Assembly (NCBI GenBank): GCA_965261585.1
Contig: CBDHDN010000041.1
Span: 1,669 to 65,668 of the forward strand
DNA length: 64,000 nt
Source of the DNA: Alphaproteobacteria bacterium
GTDB taxonomy: Bacteria > Pseudomonadota > Alphaproteobacteria > UBA6615
Direction of reading: 5' to 3'
The notes beneath the pieces are model-generated. The model had not been told where the DNA came from. It saw nothing but the letters and a program-made list of their open reading frames with translations, and made no database searches. Each line of letters starts with the position of its first letter. The stretch's first letter is position 1. Below are positions 19,795 through 29,345 of the stretch, in pieces. The translations under genes were made by a program, and so were the position numbers.

Positions 19795-20439
19795 ATGTCC
19801 GACGACAAGCCGGCTACGCCGGACACGGCGGCGCCGTCACCGGCCGACCAGTCCGACGCGGGCACGCCCCAGGGCGGCACGCCCGAGGCCGGTACGCCCG
19901 AGGCCGGCAAGCCGCCACCGCTGACCGTCGGCGCGCAGTATGTCAAGGATCTCTCGTTCGAGAACCCGCGGGCGCCGGCGAGCCTGATACAGGTAAATCA
20001 GGAGAAGCTAAACATCGGCGTCGCGGTCAACGTAGTGGTGCAGAACCTCAAGGACAATGTGCACGAGGTCGTCCTGGCGCTGCGCGGCGAAGCGAAGCAG
20101 GGCGAGGAGGCTCTGTTCCTGGCCGAGGTCCACTATGCCGGGCTCTTCACCGTCGGCGACGTACCGAAGGAATACGTGGCGCCGCTGCTCTACATCGAAG
20201 CACCGCGCATGCTGTTTCCGTTTGCCCGTGCCATTATCGCCGACAACGTGCGCGACGGCGGCTTCCCACCGTTGATGATGCAGCCGATCGACTTCGTGGC
20301 GCTCTACCAGCAACGCGTCGCCCAGCAGCAAAGCCAAGCCGACAAGCCCGCCGAACAAGCGGCGGCGGCTGGCAACGGACCGAAAAGTGGAGACGGCGCC
20401 GCGGACGGCGGCTCGGCTGCGTTCAAGTTCGAGCTGTAG
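19795..20439 (+). CDS. secB: protein-export chaperone SecB
   Basis: ATG at 19795 after GAGGAG. 'QYVKDLSFENP...', 'EAPRMLFPFARAIIADNVRDGGFPPLMMQPIDF'. Confidence 0.9.
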   Translation: MSDDKPATPDTAAPSPADQSDAGTPQGGTPEAGTPEAGKPPPLTVGAQYVKDLSFENPRAPASLIQVNQEKLNIGVAVNVVVQNLKDNVHEVVLALRGEAKQGEEALFLAEVHYAGLFTVGDVPKEYVAPLLYIEAPRMLFPFARAIIADNVRDGGFPPLMMQPIDFVALYQQRVAQQQSQADKPAEQAAAAGNGPKSGDGAADGGSAAFKFEL

Positions 20440-20460
20440 CGCTCGCCAAGCGAGCGAGCC

Positions 20461-21129
20461 TCAGCGCAACCAGATCGGGTTGTTCAGCTGCGCCACCAGC
20501 GCGGCGTGGGCGACGAGTTCCGCCTCCGTCGCGGCATGGGGCCGCGGCTCACGGCGTTGGCGCGCAGCGGCCACCGGCGCCACCACGGCCGTCGCGGCGG
20601 TAAGCGCCAGGTCGGGCTGACGACCGCCCATCAGCTCCAGATAGACGTCCGCCAGCAACTCGGCATCAAGCAGCGCGCCGTGCTTGGTGCGCGCGGACAC
20701 GTCGATCTCGAACCGTCGGCACAGCGCATCCAGGCTTACCTGGGCGCCGGGGAACCGCCGCCGCGCCACGGTAACCGTGTCGATCGTCCGCCCCCGCGGC
20801 AACGTCGCCATGCCGACCCGCGTCAGCTCGGCATTCAAGAACCCGAGGTCGAACGACGCGTTGTGGGCGACGATCGGCGCCACACCGAGAAACTCCAGCA
20901 ACGCACCGGCAGCCTCCGCGAAGACCGGCTGTTCGGCCAGAAATGCGCCGCTGGTGCCGTGAATCGCGAACGCCTCTTCCGGCATATCGCGTTCCGGATT
21001 GACGTATCGGTGAAACGACCGGCCGGTGCGCACATGGTTGTGCAACTCGACGCAACCGATCTCGACGATCCGATGGCCGGAGCCGGGATTGAGGCCCGTG
21101 GTTTCAGTATCGAGAACGACTTCGCGCAT
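20461..21129 (-). CDS. dnaQ: DNA polymerase III epsilon subunit (3'-5' exonuclease)
   Basis: 'REVVLDTETTGL' (Exo I), 'VAHNASFDLGFL' (Exo II) and 'HGALLDAELLADVYLEL' (Exo III). Confidence 0.9.
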   Translation of the reverse strand: MREVVLDTETTGLNPGSGHRIVEIGCVELHNHVRTGRSFHRYVNPERDMPEEAFAIHGTSGAFLAEQPVFAEAAGALLEFLGVAPIVAHNASFDLGFLNAELTRVGMATLPRGRTIDTVTVARRRFPGAQVSLDALCRRFEIDVSARTKHGALLDAELLADVYLELMGGRQPDLALTAATAVVAPVAAARQRREPRPHAATEAELVAHAALVAQLNNPIWLR

Positions 21130-21745
21130 GGCCAACTGAACTGGCGACAAGCCCGCGGCGGCCCCGCAACGAGCGGACAATTCGGGACAGTACCCGCAAA
21201 GTATAGTGTTTTCCCAGGCCGGTAACCACAACATAGTCCGCCCTGCGCCGCTTTTCCGCGTCCGGAACCTGCCGCGCCAGGATCGCCGCCAGCCGCGCCC
21301 GCGTCATGCCGGGTCGCCGTAACACGCGCTGTGTCTGCACCAGCGCGGACGTCGTCACCACGAGGACCGCATCGACGCGGGCCGCCCCACCGGTCTCGAA
21401 CAGCAGGGGTATATCCAACGCCACCAGCGGGCTTCGCCAACGCGCGTGACGCCGCAGGAACGCCGTCGCCGAAGCGCCGACCATGGGATGCAGAATCGCC
21501 TCAAGCCGGCGCAGCTTCGCCGCATCCGCGAACACGATCCCCCCCAGCCGCGCGCGATCGATGGCTCCGTCGACCAGCACACTCGGAAAGGCGTCGGCAA
21601 CTGGCGCAACCGCGGCGCCGCCAGCGCCCAACAAGCGATAAACCACCGCATCGGCTTCATGCACCGGCACGCCGAGCCGCCGGAGCATGGCAGCCGCCGC
21701 CGTCTTGCCCATGCCGATGGACCCGGTCAGACCAAGGACGAACAT
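21104..21745 (-). CDS. coaE: dephospho-CoA kinase
   Basis: 'LGLTGSIGMGKT' P-loop, 'ILHPMV' and 'DIPLLFE'. Confidence 0.85.
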   Translation of the reverse strand: MFVLGLTGSIGMGKTAAAAMLRRLGVPVHEADAVVYRLLGAGGAAVAPVADAFPSVLVDGAIDRARLGGIVFADAAKLRRLEAILHPMVGASATAFLRRHARWRSPLVALDIPLLFETGGAARVDAVLVVTTSALVQTQRVLRRPGMTRARLAAILARQVPDAEKRRRADYVVVTGLGKHYTLRVLSRIVRSLRGRRGLVASSVGHARSRSRY

Positions 21746-21758
21746 CCGGCTTCGGACC

Positions 21759-22607
21759 TTATGACAAAACCAGATCGCGCAGCTCCGGCGTCACGTCTGG
21801 CATGACGCCGAACCAAGCCGCGAATGCCGGCCGCGCCTGATGCAACAGCATGCCCAGGCCGTCCACACAACGATTGCCGCGCCGGCGTGCGGCCGCCAGC
21901 AGCGGCGTTTCGAGCGGTGCATAGACGACGTCGTAGACGACCGCCGCCTGCGGCAACGCCGCCAGCTCGATATCGAGCGGCGGCTGTCCGGTCATGCCGA
22001 GCGTCGTCGTATTCACCAGCAAGTCGGCGCCGGACAGCGCGTCCGACCGATTGTCCCAGGACACGGCCCGCAGGGTCCCGGCATCGTCGCGTCGAAGGTC
22101 CTCGACTAGGTGTTCGGCGCGCGCGGTCGTGCGATTGGCGAGCCGGAGCTCGCCCACGCCGGCTTCCATCAGCGCCACGCAAACCGCCCGTGCCGCGCCG
22201 CCGGCACCCAGCACGATGGCGACGGACTGATCGCCCGTCCACGCAGGCACGCTCGCGCGGAGCTGCTCGATGAAGCCGGTCGCGTCCGTGTTCCGTCCCG
22301 ACAGCCGACCGTCAGCCTGGACCAGGATCGTATTCACCGCACCGATCCGCCGCGCATGGTCATCGACGCTGTCGAGGATTTCGAGCGCCGCCTCCTTGTG
22401 CGGCACCGTAAGATTGACACCGACAAAGCCGAGCTTCGGCAGTGCCCGCAGCGCATCGGCAAGATCCGCCGGGGCGACCGCCATGGGCACGTAGGCGCCG
22501 TCGATCCCATGCACCTGCAACCAGTAGCCGTGGATCGCCGGCGACCGCGAATGAGCAATCGGCCAGCCGAAGATGCCGGCGACCTTGGCCGCGCCGCTGA
22601 TGCTCAC
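21759..22607 (-). CDS. aroE: shikimate dehydrogenase
   Basis: GTG at 22607 overlaps the maf stop (GTGA). 'GWPIAHSRSPAIHGYW', 'NLTVPHKEAA', 'NTDATGF' and 'LGAGGAARAV'. Confidence 0.85.
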   Translation of the reverse strand: MSISGAAKVAGIFGWPIAHSRSPAIHGYWLQVHGIDGAYVPMAVAPADLADALRALPKLGFVGVNLTVPHKEAALEILDSVDDHARRIGAVNTILVQADGRLSGRNTDATGFIEQLRASVPAWTGDQSVAIVLGAGGAARAVCVALMEAGVGELRLANRTTARAEHLVEDLRRDDAGTLRAVSWDNRSDALSGADLLVNTTTLGMTGQPPLDIELAALPQAAVVYDVVYAPLETPLLAAARRRGNRCVDGLGMLLHQARPAFAAWFGVMPDVTPELRDLVLS

Positions 22608-23224
22608 TGGGGCACCACGTCGTGCTGGCGCAGGAAGTCCAGCAACTGCAGGAGCGGCAGGCCGAGGATGGCGAAGAAGTCGCCGCGGATCTGTGCGAAC
22701 AGCTGGGCCCCCAGCCCTTCCAGCTCGTAGGCGCCGACGGTATCGCAGACGCGCTCGCCCGCAGCGGCCAAGTAGCGATCGAGGAACCCGTCGCTGAACC
22801 CCCGCATGTCCATCTCGGCAATCGAGTTGTAGTGCCACAGCCGCTCGGCACGGCGGACGACGCAGACGGTACCCAACAGCCGATGCAACCGGCCACGCAA
22901 GGCGAGCAGATGTGCCCTTGCTTCGGCCAGGCCGCGCGGCTTGTCGAACAGACGGCCGTCGCATTCCAGTATTTGATCGGCGCCGATGACAAGCGCATCG
23001 GGATAGCGTTGGGCGACCTGTTTAGCTTTCAGCTCAGCCAGAGTGTCGGCGACCATGAAGGGCAGTGCCCCTTCGCCCTGCAGGGCGCGCTTGACGCTGG
23101 CCTCGTCGATCTGCGCCGGTTCGACCCGATGCGGCACGCCCGCCGCTGCCAGGACCGCTGCCCGCGAGCGGCTTGCCGAAGCCAGGATGACCCGTGGCGC
23201 CGCGTGGCCGCCGAGCTCAACCAT
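22604..23224 (-). CDS. maf: Maf-like nucleoside-triphosphate pyrophosphatase
   Basis: 'VILASASRSRAAVL', 'IGADQIL' and 'GAYELEGLGAQLF'. Start is uncertain (23224, 23245 or 23266). Confidence 0.8.
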   Translation of the reverse strand: MVELGGHAAPRVILASASRSRAAVLAAAGVPHRVEPAQIDEASVKRALQGEGALPFMVADTLAELKAKQVAQRYPDALVIGADQILECDGRLFDKPRGLAEARAHLLALRGRLHRLLGTVCVVRRAERLWHYNSIAEMDMRGFSDGFLDRYLAAAGERVCDTVGAYELEGLGAQLFAQIRGDFFAILGLPLLQLLDFLRQHDVVPQ

Positions 23225-24068
23225 GCCCAACGGCAGCCGGCTCATCGTCGCCTTGATCACCGCCATTGTGGGCCCGCAGCAACTGCACGATCGCCGCCGC
23301 CGTTTCCTCGATCGACCGACCGCTGACATCGATGGTGGACCAGCCCCGCCGCGCAAAATATCGGCGCGCGTCATTGATCTCGGCCCGCACCTCGTCGGGA
23401 TCGACGTAGGCCGTCTCGGACCCCTGGTTGAGGCTCAACAGGCGGGCCCGGCGAATCTCGACCAAGCGCTTGGCATCCTTGGTCAGCCCGACGACGAGGC
23501 ACCGGAGATCTTGCTCCAACACTGCGGGCAACGGCAGCCTCCGCACGAACGGGACATTGGCCGTCTTGATTCCGCGATTGGCAAGATAGAGGCTGGTCGG
23601 TGTCTTCGACGTGCGCGACACGCCAACGAGAATCACGTCGGCGTTGCCGATGTCCTCCGACAGCTGCCCGTCATCGTGGGCCAACGACCAATCCATCGCT
23701 TCGATGCGACGGAAATATTCCGCGTACATCGCATGCTGTCGACCGGGCAGATGACTGGGCTGAGCACCCAGATAGCCGCCGACAGCCGCAATGACCGGAT
23801 CGAGCACAGAAATACACGGCACCTTCAGCCGTCGGCAACCCTCCATCAACTGATCCCACAGATCATCGTTGACCAGCGTGAACATGACGAGGCCACGGTG
23901 CTCGGCAATATCCTCCAGCACCTGTTCCATCGCCCGCGGCGTCCGCGCGAGCGGCCACAGATGCTCGGCCGTCTCGATGCCTTCGAACTGGACCATGCAG
24001 GCCCGTGCCACCTGACGAATGGTCTCACCCGTAGAGTCCGACACACAGTGAAGGTGCAATTTCCGCAT
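23217..24068 (-). CDS. pyruvate,phosphate dikinase regulatory protein-like kinase/phosphorylase (DUF299, RP001-type)
   Basis: 'HLHCVSDSTGETI' and 'ILVGVSRTSKTPTSLYLANRGIKTANVP'. Confidence 0.85.
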   Translation of the reverse strand: MRKLHLHCVSDSTGETIRQVARACMVQFEGIETAEHLWPLARTPRAMEQVLEDIAEHRGLVMFTLVNDDLWDQLMEGCRRLKVPCISVLDPVIAAVGGYLGAQPSHLPGRQHAMYAEYFRRIEAMDWSLAHDDGQLSEDIGNADVILVGVSRTSKTPTSLYLANRGIKTANVPFVRRLPLPAVLEQDLRCLVVGLTKDAKRLVEIRRARLLSLNQGSETAYVDPDEVRAEINDARRYFARRGWSTIDVSGRSIEETAAAIVQLLRAHNGGDQGDDEPAAVGHG

Positions 24069-24436
24069 AAGTATGGTGGATCTCTTGTTCGCTCAGTGAG
24101 GATAACCGGCACCCCAAGCGCCGCCCGCTGAAAACACTACCATTGCGCGGCTAGCGCTACAGCGACAACCTCGCTGTGGACGGTTGTTTCAACTCCCACT
24201 AGCAACCGCCGGGACATCGGCCAAGGCCCACGAGCAATACCCGACTCTCACACCTTTCACAGTGCGATAATCACCGCTGGCGGCCAGGCAATACGGTTCG
24301 ATCGTCCACAGGTCAAGCCCATCGGAACGAACGGACCACTCCACCACCGGATCGAATCAGGGATAGACGAATAATCCCCGATACCCCCAACACAACAACC
24401 CCTACCGTCTCTTTCTTTAATAAATACAAACTGATA
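24069..24436. other. candidate chromosomal replication origin (oriC)
   Basis: Divergent 368-bp gap next to hemE within the alphaproteobacterial origin synteny. DnaA-box-like TGAGGATAA (24097-24105, 8/9) and TCGTCCACA (24302-24310, 7/9). The latter forms an exact inverted 9-mer pair (CGTCCACAG) with 24174-24182. The only AT-rich stretch is 24409-24436. Confidence 0.5.
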
Positions 24437-25534
24437 ATGAGGACGCGATCTGATCCCGAACCGATTGCCACGCGCTTGCCGAAATCATCGAAACCAGACA
24501 CGTCCGACAAGCCACTGCTGCGTGCGCTGACCGGCCGATCCGTTGACCGCCCACCGATCTGGCTGATGCGGCAGGCCGGCCGCTATCTCCCTGAGTATCG
24601 AGCGATCCGCAAGCGGGTCGGTGGCATTCTCGAGCTCTGCTATACGCCGGAGTTGGCGACGGAGGTAACGCTGCAGCCGGTCGAGCGTTTCGGTGTCGAT
24701 GCAGCGATCCTGTTCTCCGATATTCTCGTCATCCCGCACGGCCTGGGCCAGGACGTTGCCTTTCATGAAGGCGAAGGACCGGTATTGGCGGCAATCCGCG
24801 GCGAGGCGGATTTGACAGGCCTATCGACGGCGCGGCTGAAGGACCATTTGGCACCGGTCTACGAGGCGGTGCGGCAAATCCGAGCGCAGCTGCCGGCGTC
24901 AGTTGCGTTAATCGGCTTTGCCGGCGCACCCTGGACGGTTGCGACCTACATGGTGGAAGGTGGGACCAGCCGCGACTTCGCGACCATCAAGCACTGGGCG
25001 TTCTCGGCTCCGGCGGCGTTCGAGCGCCTCATCGACCTTCTGGTCGATGCGACCGCCACGCACCTGATCGCGCAGGTCGACGCCGGCGCGGAGGTTGTCC
25101 AGTTGTTCGATACCTGGGCAAGCGCACTGCCCCCGCCAGCCCTCGCGCGCTGGTCCATCGCCCCGACCCGAGAGATAGTACGGCGGCTGCGCGCGCAACA
25201 TCCCACTGTTCCAATCATCGGCTTTCCGCGCGGTATCGGCGTTTCATACCCGCGTTATATCGAAGAGACCGGGGTCGACGCGGTTGGCCTGGACGCCGGC
25301 GTTCCATTGGCCTGGGCAGCCGAAACCCTGCAGACCCGCGTGGGCGTCCAAGGAAATCTCGACCCGATTCTGCTGCTGTCCGGCGGTGCGGCGATGCACA
25401 CAGCCACGCAGGAAATACTTGCCGCGCTCGGCGGTGGGCGTTTCGTATTCAATCTCGGCCATGGCGTCGTGCCGAGCACGCCGCCCGAGCATGTTGGCGA
25501 GCTGGTCGATCTGGTTCACGCGTTTCACGGCTAA
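24437..25534 (+). CDS. hemE: uroporphyrinogen decarboxylase
   Basis: 'PPIWLMRQAGRYLPEY', 'ILFSDILV' and 'FNLGHGV'. Confidence 0.92.
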   Translation: MRTRSDPEPIATRLPKSSKPDTSDKPLLRALTGRSVDRPPIWLMRQAGRYLPEYRAIRKRVGGILELCYTPELATEVTLQPVERFGVDAAILFSDILVIPHGLGQDVAFHEGEGPVLAAIRGEADLTGLSTARLKDHLAPVYEAVRQIRAQLPASVALIGFAGAPWTVATYMVEGGTSRDFATIKHWAFSAPAAFERLIDLLVDATATHLIAQVDAGAEVVQLFDTWASALPPPALARWSIAPTREIVRRLRAQHPTVPIIGFPRGIGVSYPRYIEETGVDAVGLDAGVPLAWAAETLQTRVGVQGNLDPILLLSGGAAMHTATQEILAALGGGRFVFNLGHGVVPSTPPEHVGELVDLVHAFHG

Positions 25535-25540
25535 CGGCCC

Positions 25541-26584
25541 ATGCGCACCGCGGTGGTCCTGTTCAATCTCGGCGGTCCCGATGGGCCGACAGCCGTGCGG
25601 CCGTTCCTCTTCAATCTGTTCAACGATCCCGCCATCATCAGCGCGCCGATGCCGATCCGACGGCTCCTGGCAACGCTGATCTCGCGACGGCGCGCCCGGG
25701 TGGCACGGCAGATTTATGCCAAGATAGGCGGGGCTTCGCCGCTGCTCAAAAACACCGAGGCGCAGGCCCGGGCAATCGAGGAGGCCCTGACGGACACGGA
25801 CCTTAGCGAGGTGCGCTGTTTCATCGCGATGCGTTATTGGCATCCGTTCAGCGATGCCGCAGCAGCAGCAGTGAAAGACTTTGCGCCGACCAGGATCGTG
25901 CTGCTGCCGCTCTATCCCCAGTTCTCGACAACGACGACCGGATCGTCGCTGGGCGCGTGGCGGCGCGCCGCGGCGGCGGTCGGCCTGAACGTGGAGACCC
26001 ATTCGATCTGCTGCTATCCGATCCAGCCAGGCTTCGTGACGGCACTTGCCGACGCGGTTCGACCCATGCTGCAGGCGGACGACCGGCAACGGCGCCCGCG
26101 GCTCCTGTTCTCTGCACACGGCCTGCCCAAGCAGATCGTCGACAAGGGCGATCCCTATCAATGGCAGGTCGAGCAGACCGCTGCTGCCGTCGTCGAGACC
26201 CTCGCCATCGATGGCCTGGACTGGGTCGTCTGCTACCAGAGCCGCGTCGGGCCACTGGAATGGATCGGTCCGTCGACGGATGCAGAGGTCGAGCGCGCCG
26301 GGGCCGACGGCGCTGCCGTTGTCGTCGCACCGATTGCCTTCGTCTCCGAGCATTCGGAAACGCTTGTCGAGCTCGACATCGAGTATCGCGACTTGGCGCT
26401 GCGGCACGGCTTGCCGGCTTATCACCGCGTGCCGACGGTCGATACGGCGGCGACGTTCATCGCCGGGCTGGCGGGCGTCGTTCGTGGCGCGGTCGCGACC
26501 GATGACGGACCCTGCAGCGCGACCGGCGACCGCCTGTGCCCGCACGATTGGGTGTGCTGCCCATGTTCGGCGAGCCTCAACTGA
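25541..26584 (+). CDS. hemH: ferrochelatase
   Basis: 'VVLFNLGGPD', 'LLPLYPQFSTTT', 'LLFSAHGLP' and 'AFVSEHSETLVELD'. Confidence 0.92.
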   Translation: MRTAVVLFNLGGPDGPTAVRPFLFNLFNDPAIISAPMPIRRLLATLISRRRARVARQIYAKIGGASPLLKNTEAQARAIEEALTDTDLSEVRCFIAMRYWHPFSDAAAAAVKDFAPTRIVLLPLYPQFSTTTTGSSLGAWRRAAAAVGLNVETHSICCYPIQPGFVTALADAVRPMLQADDRQRRPRLLFSAHGLPKQIVDKGDPYQWQVEQTAAAVVETLAIDGLDWVVCYQSRVGPLEWIGPSTDAEVERAGADGAAVVVAPIAFVSEHSETLVELDIEYRDLALRHGLPAYHRVPTVDTAATFIAGLAGVVRGAVATDDGPCSATGDRLCPHDWVCCPCSASLN

Positions 26585-26597
26585 AGGGACATGCTCG

Positions 26598-27038
26598 GTG
26601 TTGACGACCCTGTTCCCCTGGATCAAATCGCTGCACGTGATCAGCGTGATCGCCTGGATGGCCGGATTGCTCTATCTGCCGCGGCTGTTTGTGTATCACT
26701 GCGACGCCGAGCCCGGCTCGCAACAGTCGGAGACGTTCAAGGTCATGGAGCGGCGCTTGCTGCGGGCCATCATGGACCCGGCGATGATCGCCACCTTTGT
26801 CTTCGGCGGCATCATCGTCGGCACCCCGGGCGTCGTCGATTTCTCATCCGGCTGGATCTGGGTGAAGCTGGCGGCGGTGGCGATGCTAACCTACATGCAC
26901 CATATCTATTCGCGCTGGTGGAAAGACTTCGCCGCCGATCGCAACACCCGGCCGCAGAAGACCTACAGAATCGCCAATGAAGTGCCGGCGGCCCTGATGG
27001 TCGTCATTGTCATAATGGTCGTGGCCAAACCGTTCTAG
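26598..27038 (+). CDS. hemJ: protoporphyrinogen oxidase HemJ (UPF0093 family)
   Basis: GTG at 26598 after GAAGGGA. 'WIKSLHVISVIAWMAGLLYLPRLFVYH'. Four TM segments. Confidence 0.85.
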   Translation: MLTTLFPWIKSLHVISVIAWMAGLLYLPRLFVYHCDAEPGSQQSETFKVMERRLLRAIMDPAMIATFVFGGIIVGTPGVVDFSSGWIWVKLAAVAMLTYMHHIYSRWWKDFAADRNTRPQKTYRIANEVPAALMVVIVIMVVAKPF

Positions 27039-27142
27039 TGCACCGACTCAGTCAGAGCCGTCACAGTGGAAACCTGATTCTGAATACAAAACAACGGGTT
27101 GCTCCAGCGCACGGTGAATCATTTGTCTGGATCGGTGCACTA
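27036..27142. repeat. MITE-like element copy 1 (103-bp core 27038..27140 flanked by TA in a CTAG context)
   Basis: Terminal inverted repeats GTGCACCGA...TCGGTGCAC. 100/103 identical to 47148..47250. Confidence 0.8.
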
Positions 27143-27334
27143 GGTTGACTTCCGTACCGGCAGCGACTAGATGCTAACGAGAACACTTCGAGACCTACAC
27201 ACTTCCGCAATACTTCCAGCCTTCGCTCAGGACACCCGGCGCCGGTCTCCGGCCTAACAAGACAACTCCAAGCAAATCATCCTGAACGGGGACCAGGCGG
27301 TCCGGCGAAATCTCTTTTAGAGGGCAGGCTTGCC

Positions 27335-28591
27335 ATGGATCTGCAAGAGCTGAAATTCAAGACGCCGGCGGAGTTGCTATCCTTCGCCGAGGAGCTCGAG
27401 ATCGAGAACGCGAGCAACCTACGCACGCAGGACATGATGTTTGCGATCCTCAAGGCATTGGCCGAAAAGGAAGTTTCGATCTATGGCGGTGGTGTTTTGG
27501 AAGTCCTGCAGGACGGCTTCGGCTTCCTGCGGTCACCGCAGTCAAACTACCTGCCGGGCCCGGACGACATTTATGTGTCACCCAGCCAGGTCCGCCGCTT
27601 TGCGCTGCGGACGGGCGACTCAGTGGATGGCGAGATTCGGGCGCCAAAGGAGGGGGAGCGCTATTTCGCGCTGTTGAAGGTCAATGCCATCAATTTCGAC
27701 CAGGTAGAGAACGTCCGCCACCGCATCAATTTCGACAACCTGACACCGCTCTATCCCGATGAGAAGCTGACCCTCGAGATCGAGGATCCGACGATCAAGG
27801 ACCCGACGCTGCGGGTCATCGACCTGGTGGCGCCCCTCGGCAAGGGCCAGCGGGCTCTGCTGGTGTCACCGCCGCGCACCGGCAAGACGGTGATGATGCA
27901 GAACATCGCCAAGGCGATCATGGCCAATCACCCCGACGTCTACCTGATCGTGCTGCTGATCGACGAGCGGCCCGAGGAGGTGACCGACATGGCCCGCACG
28001 GTCAAGGGCGAGGTCATCAGCTCGACCTTTGACGAGCCGGCCTCGCGCCACGTGCAGGTCGCCGAGATGGTCATCGCCAAGGCGAAGCGCCTCGTCGAAC
28101 ACAAGCGCGACGTCGTCATCCTGCTCGATTCGGTCACGCGTCTTGCGCGCGCCTACAACACCGTTGTGCCGTCGAGCGGCAAGGTGCTTACCGGCGGCGT
28201 CGACGCCAACGCGCTGCAGCGCCCGAAGCGCTTCTTCGGTGCCGCCCGCAACATTGAGGAAGGCGGCTCGCTGACGATCATTTCCACGGCGCTGGTCGAG
28301 ACCGGCAGCCGCATGGACGAGGTCATCTTCGAGGAGTTCAAGGGCACCGGCAACTCGGAGATCATCCTCGACCGAAAGCTGGCCGACAAGCGCACGTTCC
28401 CGTCAATCGACATCACCCGCTCCGGCACCCGCAAGGAGGAGCTGTTGGTCGACAAGGCGGCGCTATCGAAGATGTGGATGCTGCGCCGCATCCTGTTGCC
28501 CATGGGTGTCACCGACGCGATGGAGTTCCTGCTCAGCAAGCTCAAGGTCACGAAGAACAACAGCGACTTCTTCGATTCAATGAACCAGTAG
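27335..28591 (+). CDS. rho: transcription termination factor Rho
   Basis: '[14 protein letters not shown]', Walker A 'PPRTGKT', and '[22 protein letters not shown]'. Confidence 0.95.
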   Translation: MDLQELKFKTPAELLSFAEELEIENASNLRTQDMMFAILKALAEKEVSIYGGGVLEVLQDGFGFLRSPQSNYLPGPDDIYVSPSQVRRFALRTGDSVDGEIRAPKEGERYFALLKVNAINFDQVENVRHRINFDNLTPLYPDEKLTLEIEDPTIKDPTLRVIDLVAPLGKGQRALLVSPPRTGKTVMMQNIAKAIMANHPDVYLIVLLIDERPEEVTDMARTVKGEVISSTFDEPASRHVQVAEMVIAKAKRLVEHKRDVVILLDSVTRLARAYNTVVPSSGKVLTGGVDANALQRPKRFFGAARNIEEGGSLTIISTALVETGSRMDEVIFEEFKGTGNSEIILDRKLADKRTFPSIDITRSGTRKEELLVDKAALSKMWMLRRILLPMGVTDAMEFLLSKLKVTKNNSDFFDSMNQ

Positions 28592-28620
28592 GAGCGCACG
28601 ACCGGTATCGGTCCACGGCT

Positions 28621-29336
28621 ATGGACGGCTCGCGGCTCACCGCGCTCGAGGACTACACCCGCGGCGCAGGTGCCCACTACGGTACCGAGGACCTCGCCGT
28701 TTTTCTCTACGCCCTGGCCAAGATGCAACCGGCCTTGGCGTCACCACATTCTGGCTTGCCCGCGCGTTGCAGGAGAACGGTGACGGCGCGATCCTGACCG
28801 TCGACGACGGCAGCCACTGGGCCAGCCTGTCGACCCTGCCGGCCGTGCAGGCATTCAACGGCGATGGCCTTGCCTACCAGGCGTTTCTCGAGCACATGGC
28901 AGGCCGCTTCGGCGTCGCCAAGCTCATCCGCTTCCTGAACACGAGCGTGCCGCCGTTCCCGTCCGTCGAGCGCGAGCTCGACCTCCTGTTCAGCGACTAC
29001 CGCCACGACGCCAACGGCGTCTCCACGCTGCTGCAGCACTATCTGCCGATGATGGCCGATGTCTCGTCGATCTTCATCGATTCGGCCTCGACCTATCACC
29101 ACAGCTATTTGCTGCTCGAACGGCTGGTCGAGCTGTTCAATCGCTGCGTCGTGCCGCACGAGTTCGTGCGGGGCCTGAGCGCCGACAAGGCCGCTGCGCT
29201 GCGCGCCAAGGTCGTGAACAAGCGCTTCACCCTGGTCCACCTGACCGAGGTCAAGGACCGCGACCAGAACAGCACCGCCTGGCTCAAGATCGAGCCGCTG
29301 AACATTCTGCCCCACCCGGCGACGCGGATGCGGTGA
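28621..29336 (+). pseudogene. class I SAM-methyltransferase-fold protein (Methyltransf_24-like), split across two frames
   Basis: N-terminal part 'MDGSRLTALEDYTRGAGAHYGTEDLAVFLYALAKMQ' is in the frame of ORF 28474..28797. The sequence 'TGLGVTTFWLARALQENGDGAILTVDDGSHW...' is in the frame of ORF 28767..29336. The expected 'VLEIG' part of motif I is absent at the junction (about 28726-28730). Confidence 0.45.
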
Positions 29337-29345
29337 TCAGGCCGT

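Noticed and set aside
24417-24431. CtrA box (TTAA-N7-TTAA) in the candidate origin
   Set aside because: Only one TTAA half-site is present (TTAA-N7-AAAC). Two GANTC sites in the gap are about what chance predicts, so I make no CtrA/CcrM claim.
27144-27172. Sigma-70-type promoter for rho (TTGACT-N17-TAGATG) directly after the MITE
   Set aside because: The -35 is good but the -10 is poor (it lacks the final T). It is mentioned in the MITE finding but not listed as a feature.
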